Assembly (NCBI GenBank): GCA_036002305.1
Contig: DASYTL010000013.1
Span: 18,935 to 82,934 of the forward strand
Reading direction: 5' to 3'
Length of the DNA: 64,000 nt
Source: Candidatus Limnocylindria bacterium
GTDB lineage: Bacteria > Chloroflexota > Limnocylindria > P2-11E
Shown here one piece after another: positions 18,098 to 26,956 of this stretch. The notes under the pieces are model-generated. The model was not told where the DNA came from and did not search any database. It saw only the letters and a program-made list of their open reading frames with translations. Position 1 is the stretch's first letter. Each line of letters starts with the position of its first letter. The position numbers were made by a program, and so were the translations under genes.

Positions 18098-18538
18098 ATG
18101 TCAGCGGAGAACAAGGAGCTCATCCGGCGCGTCACAGACGAGATCTATAGCCAGGGAAACCTGGACCCCATCGATCGCTACTACGCCCCCGACTGGGTCC
18201 TACACGACGCTCCGCCGAACGCCGGCGAAAACCGTCAGGCCCTCAAGGAGGTCATGACCGTGATCCGCGGCGGATTCCCGGACGTCCGGGCGCGAATCGA
18301 TGTCGTGTTGGCTGAGGGGGACCTCGTCGCGTACCGGAGCACCGTCGAGGGCACGCACACGCGCGAGTACTTCGGCCTCGCGCCAACAGGGAAGAAGGTC
18401 ACGCTCCATCAGCTGAACATCGACCGCATTCGCGACGGGAAGATCGTCGAGAGCTGGTTCGAGGCCTTTGGACAGGGCTTCTACTACCAGCTGACGGGCA
18501 AGCCCGCGCCAGTGCCGGCGGAGGCCACAGCGCGGTAA
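18098..18538 (+). CDS. Ester cyclase (SnoaL-like polyketide cyclase family)
   Basis: Contains NKELIRRVTDEIYSQGNLDPIDRYYAPDWVLHD, FPDVRARIDVVLAEGDLVAYR and IRDGKIVESW. The ATG at 18098 follows AGAGGGGAGAG. Confidence 0.8.
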   Translation: MSAENKELIRRVTDEIYSQGNLDPIDRYYAPDWVLHDAPPNAGENRQALKEVMTVIRGGFPDVRARIDVVLAEGDLVAYRSTVEGTHTREYFGLAPTGKKVTLHQLNIDRIRDGKIVESWFEAFGQGFYYQLTGKPAPVPAEATAR

Positions 18539-18546
18539 CGCTCTAG

Positions 18547-18626
18547 CCCGCTGGGACGGCAGGGCGCGGCGCCCGCGATTACATCGGGGCGCCTGCGGGC
18601 GTCTTCGCTTGGAGCGCGTCGTTGAG
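18547..18626 (-). repeat. Relic copy of the ACT-gene 3' end and its 3' flank
   Basis: It would encode ...LNDALQAKTPAGAPM* versus ...LRDALQAKTPAGART* in the real gene. A 32-nt stretch at 18589-18620 is identical to 19757-19788, and similarity continues past the stop codon. Confidence 0.8.
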
Positions 18627-18743
18627 GTGATACCTCGATGACCGGGTGGCGTATCCGAGCACACGTATCGCGCGTGTTCCGTTGCGCTGCGTCTTGTTGA
18701 TGACGTGACAACAGTTGCGCCCATCGAATAAGGGAGGAGCGAG

Positions 18744-19592
18744 ATGCATCCTGTTCGGATCATTCGACTCGTCGGCGTTGGCGTTCTCGCGTTCAGTTTG
18801 GGTATCGCCGGCACTGTGCTCGCAGGTCACCTGGCTGACGCTTCATACACCGGATGCCTCAGTTCGGCCGCGGGCCTGATCTACAACGTGAAGGCGGGCG
18901 ACGATCCTCTACGGCCCTGCAGGGCGGGCGACGTCGTCGTCCACGTCAGTGGCGGGGATGTCACTGCGGTCAATGCCGGTGCCGGTCTCGTCGGCGGCGG
19001 GACCAGTGGCGACCTGAGTCTCGCGATCGACTACGCGACCCTCGATACGCGCTACCTGGGCGTGACGAGTCAGGCCGCCGACTCGGCCAGGCTTGGCGGA
19101 CTCCCGCCAACCGCCTTCGCTTTTGCGGGGCACAACCACGACGATCGCTACTACACGGAGTTGGAGTCGGATGCCCGGTACGCAAGGAGCGGCCAGGCGT
19201 GTTTCCCCGGTCAGTTCGTTACGACGATCGACTCGGGCGGAGCGATCCAATGCGCTGGAGCAGCGGGTGGTCCACGTGCTCGAGCGCTCGTGTTCACGCC
19301 GCCAGGCGGCGGTCCGTTGCTCTCGAGCTCGCTGAACTTTCAATCGGTGACGATGCCGATCCCGGGCTTCTTCTGCTTGAGGCCGGCCCCAGGCGTCATT
19401 GCATCAGGGAGCACGCCGGTAGTGTCGGTTGATCTGGATCTCTCATCGGGCACCGGCCTGATGGCTTTTGCATACACCAAGGCTCACCGTCAGCAGTGCA
19501 CACCGGACGACTACGAGGTCATGACCGTTCGGGCCGTCGGCGGGACTCCTGAGCTCTGGGCGAATGTCGCGTTCACCATCGTGGTGCCTTAG
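18744..19592 (+). CDS. Secreted protein of unknown function (282 aa)
   Basis: Signal peptide (MHPVRIIRLVGVGVLAFSLGIAGTVLAG) and a strong Shine-Dalgarno (AAGGGAGGAG). The motif GDVTAVNAGAGLVGGGTSGDLSLAIDYATLDTRYLG recurs in uncharacterised secreted or fibre-like proteins, by recollection only. Confidence 0.75.
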   Translation: MHPVRIIRLVGVGVLAFSLGIAGTVLAGHLADASYTGCLSSAAGLIYNVKAGDDPLRPCRAGDVVVHVSGGDVTAVNAGAGLVGGGTSGDLSLAIDYATLDTRYLGVTSQAADSARLGGLPPTAFAFAGHNHDDRYYTELESDARYARSGQACFPGQFVTTIDSGGAIQCAGAAGGPRARALVFTPPGGGPLLSSSLNFQSVTMPIPGFFCLRPAPGVIASGSTPVVSVDLDLSSGTGLMAFAYTKAHRQQCTPDDYEVMTVRAVGGTPELWANVAFTIVVP

Positions 19593-19612
19593 TCGCACAA
19601 GGCAAAGTGAGT

Positions 19613-19654
19613 CGTGGGCCATCACGCCGATGGCCCACGATCCTTTTTCTCTTC
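19613..19654 (+). terminator. Canonical rho-independent terminator
   Basis: CGTGGGCCATC-ACGCC-GATGGCCCACG forms a perfect 11-bp stem, followed by ATCCTTTTTCTCTTC. Confidence 0.8.
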
Positions 19655-19701
19655 TACCGTGGAGGACGCTGCTCTCTAAGACGCGGCGATCCGCCGGAGC
19701 A

Positions 19702-19794
19702 CCCGCTGGATCGCGCCGTGGGGGCGGCAAAGGCCGCGGCGCGCGATTACGTCCGTGCGCCTGCGGGCGTCTTCGCTTGGAGCGCGTCCCTGAG
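19702..19794 (-). repeat. Resident copy of the duplicated segment (true 3' end and 3' flank of the ACT gene)
   Basis: Direct-repeat partner of 18547-18626, spaced 1168 bp from it. Confidence 0.8.
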
Positions 19795-20148
19795 CTTCGC
19801 GAAGTCCTTCGAGCCGACGATCAGACGGCCCGATGCGAGCGAGTACGTGAGATCGACGTTCACACCGGCGTCCGCGATCTGACGGAAGATCTGCGCCGCC
19901 GTGCCCGGGCGATCTGCCGCGTCCGCGACGACGACGTCGCGCTCGTCGCGCACCTTGAAGCCGGCACCTTCGACGGCCCGGCGCGCGGCCGCCGGGTCCT
20001 TGGTAAGGACGTGCAGGATCCCGTCACCGGCCTCGCAGTAGCCATCGATGTTGATGTTCGCCTTCGCCATCGCCTCGAGCGCCTTCGCTATCGTGCCCGG
20101 CCGGTCCTGGCCGAGCTCGATGGCGAGGTCCTTGCCTGTGGTCTGCAT
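19747..20148 (-). CDS. ACT domain-containing protein (two ACT-like repeats)
   Basis: Contains DRPGTIAKALEAMAKANINIDG and DRPGTAAQIFRQIADAGVNVD. 133 aa. Confidence 0.8.
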   Translation of the reverse strand: MQTTGKDLAIELGQDRPGTIAKALEAMAKANINIDGYCEAGDGILHVLTKDPAAARRAVEGAGFKVRDERDVVVADAADRPGTAAQIFRQIADAGVNVDLTYSLASGRLIVGSKDFAKLRDALQAKTPAGART

Positions 20149-20223
20149 GTCGCTGTTCCTCCTCCCCGCAGGTACTCGCGCCTCGCCGCCCGAGCGAGAT
20201 GCTACTCGCGCGCCCCAGGCGCA

Positions 20224-21654
20224 TCAGGGCTTACGGAGGAGCTCTGGACAGTTCAGGCACGGCGGCACGCTCGTGGTGGTGCCGAAGATGGTGCCATCGC
20301 TTGACAGCCAGTAGTGATCCCACCGGTTGTCGACCTTGAAGCTCCGGCCGTCAGCTGCTCTGACGTCGACGACGCCAAGAGTCGCGTTCCCCCGTCGCCG
20401 GCGCAGCTCGTTCGCGGCAGTGTCGATGTTGGCGAACGTGCCGGCGATGATCCGGCTGACATCCTGAGCCGTTTGGCTCCAGATCTTGCTCTGGGCAAAC
20501 ACCGTTTGCTGATATCGACGCACCCACTCGGGATTCGGCCGGAACGTCGCCCACATGTGCGCCATGACCGCGGTCGCAGTGTCGAAGGTCTCGTCGGTTC
20601 CGTACCACACGATGACCTCTTTGACGTCCCACAGTTGCGTGCCGCCGGTGATCACCTCTTCGGTCACCGCGAGGGCGCCCCCGTGAAGCGACCGGCCGTT
20701 CTTGGTGAACGTGAAGTCGACCATGCCCGCGTCGGCCCTGTTGAACCCTCGCACCACTGGCTCGAGAGCGGCGATGTTCGGGAGGTCCCACGCCTCATTC
20801 ACCGCGAAGTCGGTGAGGGTCTCGGGCCCGTAGATCTGGGTGATGAAGCGCGCGCCGGCGGCGTACGGCCGCACGATCCCGCTGCGATCGCTGGGGAGGA
20901 AGACATTCGGCTTCTGAAAGATGGGAAAGCCCTTGTTCCCGATCTCCACACCGATGTCGCGCGCCGTGTTGTGGACCTCGACCCACCACTGCGTCGTGCT
21001 GCCCTCGAGCGACATCCCGCCCGTCACCCCCAGGTCCTTCGGCACCTCGACGGAGAAGGCGCCCTGAGTCGCCGCGACCAGCTGCGGGTCATTCGGGGGC
21101 GGCCAGCTCGTGTACTCGATGTCCCGGCGGGCGTTCGCCGATGGTGGGCCCCAAAGCTTGAGGCTCTCCATGATCCTCGAGAGAGCCTCAGCATCCTGTG
21201 CCAGGTGGCCTGAAGGCGCGACCGCGACGAAGACCGTCCCGGCGGAGCCCGTCGCGCTCGCCGCGTACGTGAGGATGGCGACGAGATCCTGGCCGTCGGC
21301 GCTGCCGGTCATCCGCCATGTTGACTCGTCCTGGGGCATCGGGGTGTCCCAGTCGACGCCGGGCATGAGTCTCGAGCTGATCGCATCGAGTGCGGCTTCC
21401 GCTCCTTGCGCGGTGAGCGCCTCGGTGGTGAAGAAGGGTTGGATCACCACGCGTTCGCCCTTCTCCGCGGGACTCGCCGCGTCGATGCGTCCCGTCGAAT
21501 CCGCTGACACCTGCCAGTCGCTCGGGACGTCCAGGCTGCTGAAGTCAGACGGGTGTTGCGTCGTCCAGTCGGAACACGCCGTCACAACGAGCGTGAGCAC
21601 GGCGCCGACGACCGCGCGGCGTATCCCGCGCCGGCCCAGGCGAAAGCCCGCCAT
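20224..21654 (-). CDS. Lipoprotein of unknown function (476 aa)
   Basis: Signal peptide with lipobox (AVVGAVLTLVVTAC). No recognisable catalytic motif. A C-terminal Cys pair is present (PPCLNCPE). Confidence 0.75.
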   Translation of the reverse strand: MAGFRLGRRGIRRAVVGAVLTLVVTACSDWTTQHPSDFSSLDVPSDWQVSADSTGRIDAASPAEKGERVVIQPFFTTEALTAQGAEAALDAISSRLMPGVDWDTPMPQDESTWRMTGSADGQDLVAILTYAASATGSAGTVFVAVAPSGHLAQDAEALSRIMESLKLWGPPSANARRDIEYTSWPPPNDPQLVAATQGAFSVEVPKDLGVTGGMSLEGSTTQWWVEVHNTARDIGVEIGNKGFPIFQKPNVFLPSDRSGIVRPYAAGARFITQIYGPETLTDFAVNEAWDLPNIAALEPVVRGFNRADAGMVDFTFTKNGRSLHGGALAVTEEVITGGTQLWDVKEVIVWYGTDETFDTATAVMAHMWATFRPNPEWVRRYQQTVFAQSKIWSQTAQDVSRIIAGTFANIDTAANELRRRRGNATLGVVDVRAADGRSFKVDNRWDHYWLSSDGTIFGTTTSVPPCLNCPELLRKP

Positions 21655-21716
21655 GATCGATGCCCTCCCCGTCCCGGCGGCAGGCTAGACCCGACGTCAA
21701 GGTCGAGCCACAGCGA

Positions 21717-22043
21717 CTAAAACAGAGTGCCCTGGAGCGCGATCGCGAGGGCGGCACCTGCGAGAAAGGCGAGCACGATCAGGAGCATGCCCGCTCTGTC
21801 GACGATCGAAGGCGACCATCGCAAAGCACGGCTCGCGCGCCCGATACCGATGGAGACCGTGTAGGTCAAGGCGCCGACCAGCAACAGGCTCAGGATCGCT
21901 CCGACGATGAGGAACACCAAGAATGAGCCTCCGGTGAACCCGGCGAACCAGACGTAGATCGCGCCCACCAACCAGCCGAGTGCCCCGACCGTGCCGTATG
22001 CGGTCATGACCTGTTGGCGTTGCTGGCGCGCCTGCGCATCCAT
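21717..22043 (-). CDS. Small integral membrane protein (3-4 TM segments)
   Basis: 108 aa and strongly hydrophobic (GALGWLVGAIYVWFAGF, FLVFLIVGAILSLLLVGAL, MLLIVLAFLAGAALAIAL). Confidence 0.65.
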   Translation of the reverse strand: MDAQARQQRQQVMTAYGTVGALGWLVGAIYVWFAGFTGGSFLVFLIVGAILSLLLVGALTYTVSIGIGRASRALRWSPSIVDRAGMLLIVLAFLAGAALAIALQGTLF

Positions 22044-22054
22044 CGGCGGGAAGA

Positions 22055-22155
22055 TTAGCTCGCCGCGATCCGCTCCAGGAGCGACCTGCTCAGCCCGAGC
22101 GAGTACGGTGAACGACGTCTTCCGATCGCCCGCTACACTCGCCGCTCCGTGAGCG
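22055..22155 (-). pseudogene. Decayed relic of an aconitase 3' end
   Basis: The first 22 nt (22055-22076, TTAGCTCGCCGCGATCCGCTCC) are identical to 63848-63869, which carry the acnA stop codon and last codons. Weaker similarity with an internal deletion of about 38 nt continues to about 22155. Confidence 0.5.
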
Positions 22156-22246
22156 GACGCGGGGTTAGACGAGTGGACACGCGCGAGCCATTTCGTCTCG
22201 ACGCGGCGAGGGACGGTCGGTCTGGTCGCTGGGCGGCCGGTTCACG

Positions 22247-22681
22247 ATGAAGCTGACCGAAGCTGACACAGGCCGCCGATTCGCGCTCGTCGAGGCGCTC
22301 GCGTTCCGCACGACCGAACCTCCGCTCCACATCCATCACAACGAGGACGAGGCCTGGTACATCCTGGACGGCCGGATGACGTTCTACGTGGGCGACGCGG
22401 TCCTCGAAGCCGGCGCGGGATCGTTCGTGTTCGCGCCGAGTGGCATCGCGCATACGTTCACGGTCGACGCCGAGCCGACCCACGTCCTGGTGTTCGCCTC
22501 ACCTGCCGGGTTCGAGCGCTTTGCGCTCGAGCTCGGTGAACCCGCGACGAGCGACAAGCCGCCGGCGGGGTTGGGCGTTCCGGGTCCCGACGTCCTCGGC
22601 CCAGTCGCAGAGCGGTACGGGATCGAGGTGGTCGGTCCACCGCGTCGCGCGCCTGCATCGGGCGGCCGGGCCGCGCCTTAG
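22247..22681 (+). CDS. Cupin domain protein
   Basis: Contains PLHIHHNEDEAWYILDG and FVFAPSGIAHTF (cupin motifs 1 and 2). Confidence 0.8.
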   Translation: MKLTEADTGRRFALVEALAFRTTEPPLHIHHNEDEAWYILDGRMTFYVGDAVLEAGAGSFVFAPSGIAHTFTVDAEPTHVLVFASPAGFERFALELGEPATSDKPPAGLGVPGPDVLGPVAERYGIEVVGPPRRAPASGGRAAP

Positions 22682-22691
22682 TCGATAGGAC

Positions 22692-23495
22692 TCAAGGGGC
22701 CTCGTAGGGAAAACCCGCGGCCTCCGCAAGCTTCCGGATTTCGCCCGATCCGTTGAGTGCTGCGAGCGCCTCGTTCACCTTGGCGAGCAGGGCGGTCGCG
22801 TCGGTGCGGACAGCGATCGCGAATGGCCGCGCGGCCAGGTCGACGAGAGTTCGCAGCGCGTTCGTCCGGCCGCGGTTGACGACCGCAACACCCGCGCGGT
22901 CGCCGGCGATGGCCGCGATCTGCCCGGCGTCGAGGGCCTCGACCGCCGGTCGGAGTCCGGCGAACGATTGGAGCCTCACCTGCACGCCGCGCTGGGCGAA
23001 GAAGGCCTGCGCCGCCTCCGCCGAGTCGTTGTCGCCCGGCGTCGTTCCGATCGTCCTCCCGGCGAGATCCTCCACGCGCGTCACGCTCCCGGCTGCGATG
23101 AGGACGACGCCTCCCGCGGCGTAGGGCTGCGAGAAGGTCACGCCGGCAGCACCTGGAGTCGCAGTCGCCATCGCGACGTCGGCATCCCGGCTCGCGACAG
23201 GTCCGACGCGATCGCGCCCCGTGTTCCTGAATTCGGCCCGCGCGGTCGGGCCGAGGATGCGCTGCGCGAGCGCACCCGCGATCGCCGCTTCGAAGGCGCG
23301 CTTCTGCTCGTGCGCGGCGTCGCCCTGCTCGCGCTGCGCCGGCGGCGCGACCATGCGGATGCTGACGATCAGAGTCCCGCGGGCGAGGAGCGAGGCAAGC
23401 GGATCGGCGGTCGGCGTCGGTGACGCCGCCGATCTTGCGCAGGCCGCGGTGACCACCATGGCAGCGACAGCCGCGGCTCCCAAGACCCCTCGCAC
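22692..23495 (-). CDS. Family-3 (amino-acid-type) solute-binding lipoprotein, orphan
   Basis: Lipobox AAMVVTAAC and a periplasmic-binding fold pattern (DLAGRTIGTTPGDNDSAEAAQAF, LDAGQIAAIAGD, FAIAVR). Start placed at the in-frame GTG 23495. No cognate permease or ATPase is nearby. Confidence 0.7.
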   Translation of the reverse strand: MRGVLGAAAVAAMVVTAACARSAASPTPTADPLASLLARGTLIVSIRMVAPPAQREQGDAAHEQKRAFEAAIAGALAQRILGPTARAEFRNTGRDRVGPVASRDADVAMATATPGAAGVTFSQPYAAGGVVLIAAGSVTRVEDLAGRTIGTTPGDNDSAEAAQAFFAQRGVQVRLQSFAGLRPAVEALDAGQIAAIAGDRAGVAVVNRGRTNALRTLVDLAARPFAIAVRTDATALLAKVNEALAALNGSGEIRKLAEAAGFPYEAP

Positions 23496-23709
23496 CCCGC
23501 GGGACTGTACCGCGGGTAGTAGCTCCGCGAGCTGCTGAGGAAGTCCGCGAGTCGAATGTTCCGGGCCGCTGGTGATTCGCAGCGTGCTATCGCCTGACCC
23601 GCTCGAGATCAACGAACATCGGTCTTAGCCCCCGCGGTCAGCCGACTCGGTCCGGATCCCACGTCACATGGCGAGCCCCCTTTGGCTGCCGGGGCCAGCA
23701 AAGGCCAAC

Positions 23710-23739
23710 TTGACGCGAGTCCCCGCGGAGCGCTAAATT
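23710..23739 (+). promoter_or_regulatory. Sigma-70-like promoter candidate upstream of the GntR gene
   Basis: TTGACG (23710-23715), a 17-nt spacer, then CTAAAT/TAAATT. It sits in a locally AT-richer patch 35 nt upstream of the GTG at 23774. Confidence 0.35.
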
Positions 23740-23773
23740 TCCCCACATATCAGACATCGTACAACTCGATTGG

Positions 23774-24604
23774 GTGGCGCTGGGGAATCGTCGGCGAGCC
23801 TTGCCAGACCAACTCGCCGGGGCCCTGCGCGACGGCATTCGGACTGAGAAGCTACTGCCGGGCCAGCGTCTGCCATCTGAGCCGGATCTCGCGACGACTC
23901 TCGGAGTTAGTCGTACGACCGTGAGAGCGGCTGTCCAGATCCTCGTCCTCGAGGGGCTCTTCGACCGGAGGCATGGTGTCGGGACATTCGTTTCAGAAAC
24001 CGCAGGCCACGCCATATCGGTTGCCAACGACGTCTCCCAGCTGACGTCGACTTCTGACCTCATCCGTCAGCACGGTTACGAACCGGGACTCGCGTCCTTC
24101 AAGTACGACGTAATGCCGGCCACCGCTGAGCTCAGTGAGGTCATGAACGTTCCCGTCGGCTCTCCTGTCGTTCACTTGCGTCGGACCCGCACAGCCGATG
24201 GCAGACGCGCAATTCACGTCGAAGAATACGTTCCGTCGTCGGTCATCGGCCTCGAGGTGGTGCCAGAGGGATCAGACGACTGGTCCCTGTTTGCCCTCTT
24301 GCGCTCGTTGGGTCACTCCGTCTCGTTCGCGAACTGTTGGATTCGGTCTGTGAATGCGACAGCCGAGCTGGCCATGGAGCTCGGCGTAAACACGAATCAC
24401 GCGCTTCTGCTTCTGACCCAGACGGCCATGTCATCCCGCGGGGAGATCGTGCTTTACGGGAACAGCTACTTCGACACCAATGTCTTTCGATTCCAAGTGT
24501 TTCGCAAGACGCGCACGGAGCACGAGGGCGTTCACGAGATCGCTTACCTCGGCAGAGGAACCAATGGCGACAACGGTCGTTCCGTGAAATCGGCGAAGCC
24601 TTAG
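23774..24604 (+). CDS. GntR family regulator, HutC subfamily (UTRA effector domain), FrlR-like
   Basis: Winged helix-turn-helix (LPSEPDLATTLGVSRTTVRAAVQILVLEGLFDRRHGVGTFV) plus a UTRA-like C-terminal domain. Confidence 0.85.
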   Translation: MALGNRRRALPDQLAGALRDGIRTEKLLPGQRLPSEPDLATTLGVSRTTVRAAVQILVLEGLFDRRHGVGTFVSETAGHAISVANDVSQLTSTSDLIRQHGYEPGLASFKYDVMPATAELSEVMNVPVGSPVVHLRRTRTADGRRAIHVEEYVPSSVIGLEVVPEGSDDWSLFALLRSLGHSVSFANCWIRSVNATAELAMELGVNTNHALLLLTQTAMSSRGEIVLYGNSYFDTNVFRFQVFRKTRTEHEGVHEIAYLGRGTNGDNGRSVKSAKP

Positions 24605-24639
24605 AGGAATTGGTTGGAGGACGAAAGGTGGAGAGCCCA

Positions 24640-25995
24640 ATGCGCCGCTTGACCCGAGGCATCCCAGCGCTAGTTGTCGCGTTGTTAGTGACGGCGTGTA
24701 CCGGCCCAGGCCCATCTACGCCCGGGGCGGGCGCTACTTCCAGCCCGTCCCAAACGCTGACGAGCGAGCCCGTCACGCTTCGAATATTGCGATATCAGGC
24801 GACCAAAGCCGAAGAGACCCTGCACGCGGAGTGGGTCGCGGAGTTCACGAAGGAGCATCCGAACATAAAGATCGAGGCCGAGGTCGTGCCTTTCGGCGAG
24901 TTGGCGACCAAGATTCAGGCGTCAGTCGCCGGGGGCAGCCCGCCCGACATTTTCTTCATCGACGGCCCGAACACAAAGACGTACGCCTACCTCAAGATCC
25001 TTCGGGCACTGGACGAGTACCTTCCGCGAGGCTTCAAGGACGACATCGTCGAAGCGACCCTGCAGGAGCAGTCCTATCAGGGTCAGCTCTATTCGATGCC
25101 GGATCGGCAGACCGCGCCCGCGCTCTTCTACAACGTCGACATGCTCGACGCCATTGGCGTCAAGCCCCCGACCAAGCTCGCGGACGCCTGGACATGGGAC
25201 CAAGCACTCGATGTCTGGAAGCAGCTTAAGAAGAAGAGTCCGGACGTCTGGCCTCTCGAACCATCCCGGTTCGGTGCGGGAGGGGCCGGCTTCTACTACC
25301 GGGACGGCATCTTCCCGCGCTCAGCGGGCGACCCGTCGGCGCCAGTCAGTTCTAGTCTGTACAAGACATATGCGGCGATCAGCCCGGACGGAACGACCGT
25401 GCAGGGCTACATCGATTCCCCCGAGGCCATCACCGCCATGAAGTGGTTTCAGGACCTGACGATGGTCCACGAGGTGACTTCGAAGGTTGGAATTCCCAAC
25501 GCCTTCTTGGACAAGAAGGCAGCAATGACGATCGACCACGAGGGCATCATCGGCCGAATAGCGACGCAGTACCCGAATGGAGGCTTCAACCTTGGCGTCA
25601 CCCCGATGCCGTATTTCAAGACTCGCGTCGTCATGACGGGCAGCAACGCCGCTGGGATTTCGGCCCGCTCCACTCACCCCGCGGAGGCGGCGGCCTACCT
25701 GAACATGATCTTCAACGACAAGAACCGTCTGCGCTACTGGGAAGCGAACCGCAATATGCCGGCTCGGAAGTCGCTCTTCGACCAGTTGCCTGCGTACAAG
25801 GATTATCCGCAGAGCATGTTCAGGGAGCAGCTTTTGACGATTGGCGTGCCCCGCCCGTCCACGCCCGCATGGGCGGCCTTCGACTCCATCATCAACGCCG
25901 CGATCAAGAACATCTCTCTCGGCGCCCCGGTTGAGGCAACGTTGAAGAAGGCCGCGACCGATATCGACAAGGAGCTCGCGAAGTACCCAAAGTAG
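24640..25995 (+). CDS. ABC sugar/Amadori-compound-binding lipoprotein (family-1 SBP)
   Basis: Lipobox LVVALLVTAC, and the ATG follows GGAGGA...GGTGGAGAG. A family-1 SBP pattern is present (PDIFFIDGPN, LYSMPDRQTAPALFYN). Confidence 0.88.
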   Translation: MRRLTRGIPALVVALLVTACTGPGPSTPGAGATSSPSQTLTSEPVTLRILRYQATKAEETLHAEWVAEFTKEHPNIKIEAEVVPFGELATKIQASVAGGSPPDIFFIDGPNTKTYAYLKILRALDEYLPRGFKDDIVEATLQEQSYQGQLYSMPDRQTAPALFYNVDMLDAIGVKPPTKLADAWTWDQALDVWKQLKKKSPDVWPLEPSRFGAGGAGFYYRDGIFPRSAGDPSAPVSSSLYKTYAAISPDGTTVQGYIDSPEAITAMKWFQDLTMVHEVTSKVGIPNAFLDKKAAMTIDHEGIIGRIATQYPNGGFNLGVTPMPYFKTRVVMTGSNAAGISARSTHPAEAAAYLNMIFNDKNRLRYWEANRNMPARKSLFDQLPAYKDYPQSMFREQLLTIGVPRPSTPAWAAFDSIINAAIKNISLGAPVEATLKKAATDIDKELAKYPK

Positions 25996-25996
25996 C

Positions 25997-26956
25997 GTGG
26001 TGAAAACGAGGCTCGGGCCTCGCTCAGACGGTACGCACGGTCTGGCGGTACCGCGGCCGCGCGGTCTTGGGTACCGCGCGAAGCGCGGCCTCCGCGACTG
26101 GCCAACGATTGCCGTGTTCTTGACGCCGGCGCTAATCGGCATCGGACTCTTTCACTTTCTGCCGATCATCATCGCGCTGCGTGGGAGCCTGTTCGAGCTC
26201 AACTTGCTCGTGCCGGAACGCGAGACGTTCGTCGGACTCGACAACTTTCGCGCGATCGCGTCGGACGAAGAGTTCCGTCAGTCGCTCCTGAATACGCTCG
26301 TCTACACGGTCAGCAAACTGGGCGTTCAGCTGCCGCTTTCCTTCGGCCTTGCGCTCTTCATCGAGGCGCGTCTCCGAGGTACGACGCTTCTTCGCAGCGC
26401 AATCTTTGCTCCAACAGTGACCGCGGTCGCGATCGCCGCCGTGATTTGGGGCCTCATGTACCAGCCTCACGCGGGACTGATCAACTCCGTTCTCGGGGCG
26501 GTGGGGATCGAGCCCCAATCCTTCCTCACCAGCAAGGATCAGGCTCTGCCCTCGATCATCGCCTTGGGGATCTGGCAGGACACGGGCTTGACTGTGCTCA
26601 TCCTGCTGGGCGGACTTCAGGGCATCCCACGAGAGTTCTACGAAGCCGCGGTGCTCGATGGGGCGTCGGGATCGCAGGCGGTCCGCTATCTGACTCTGCC
26701 CCTGCTGCGACGGACCATCCTCTTCGCGGTGGTACTGACGACCCTCCTGGCCTTCAAAGTGTTCGCCGAGGTCAAGATCATGACCGAGGGCGGTCCCGAG
26801 AACAGCACCCTCATGACCGTGTACTACATCTACAAGAAAGCCTTCGTGTTCCTCGACCTTGGCTACGCGTTTGCCCTGGCCGTTGTGCTCATGGCGATCT
26901 TGGTCGTGATCGCGCTGCTTCAGGGCCGACTCTTGCGATCACGGCTCGAATACTGA
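25997..26956 (+). CDS. Carbohydrate ABC transporter permease
   Basis: EAA loop EAAVLDGASGSQAVRYLTLPLLR and six TM segments. Confidence 0.9.
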   Translation: MVKTRLGPRSDGTHGLAVPRPRGLGYRAKRGLRDWPTIAVFLTPALIGIGLFHFLPIIIALRGSLFELNLLVPERETFVGLDNFRAIASDEEFRQSLLNTLVYTVSKLGVQLPLSFGLALFIEARLRGTTLLRSAIFAPTVTAVAIAAVIWGLMYQPHAGLINSVLGAVGIEPQSFLTSKDQALPSIIALGIWQDTGLTVLILLGGLQGIPREFYEAAVLDGASGSQAVRYLTLPLLRRTILFAVVLTTLLAFKVFAEVKIMTEGGPENSTLMTVYYIYKKAFVFLDLGYAFALAVVLMAILVVIALLQGRLLRSRLEY

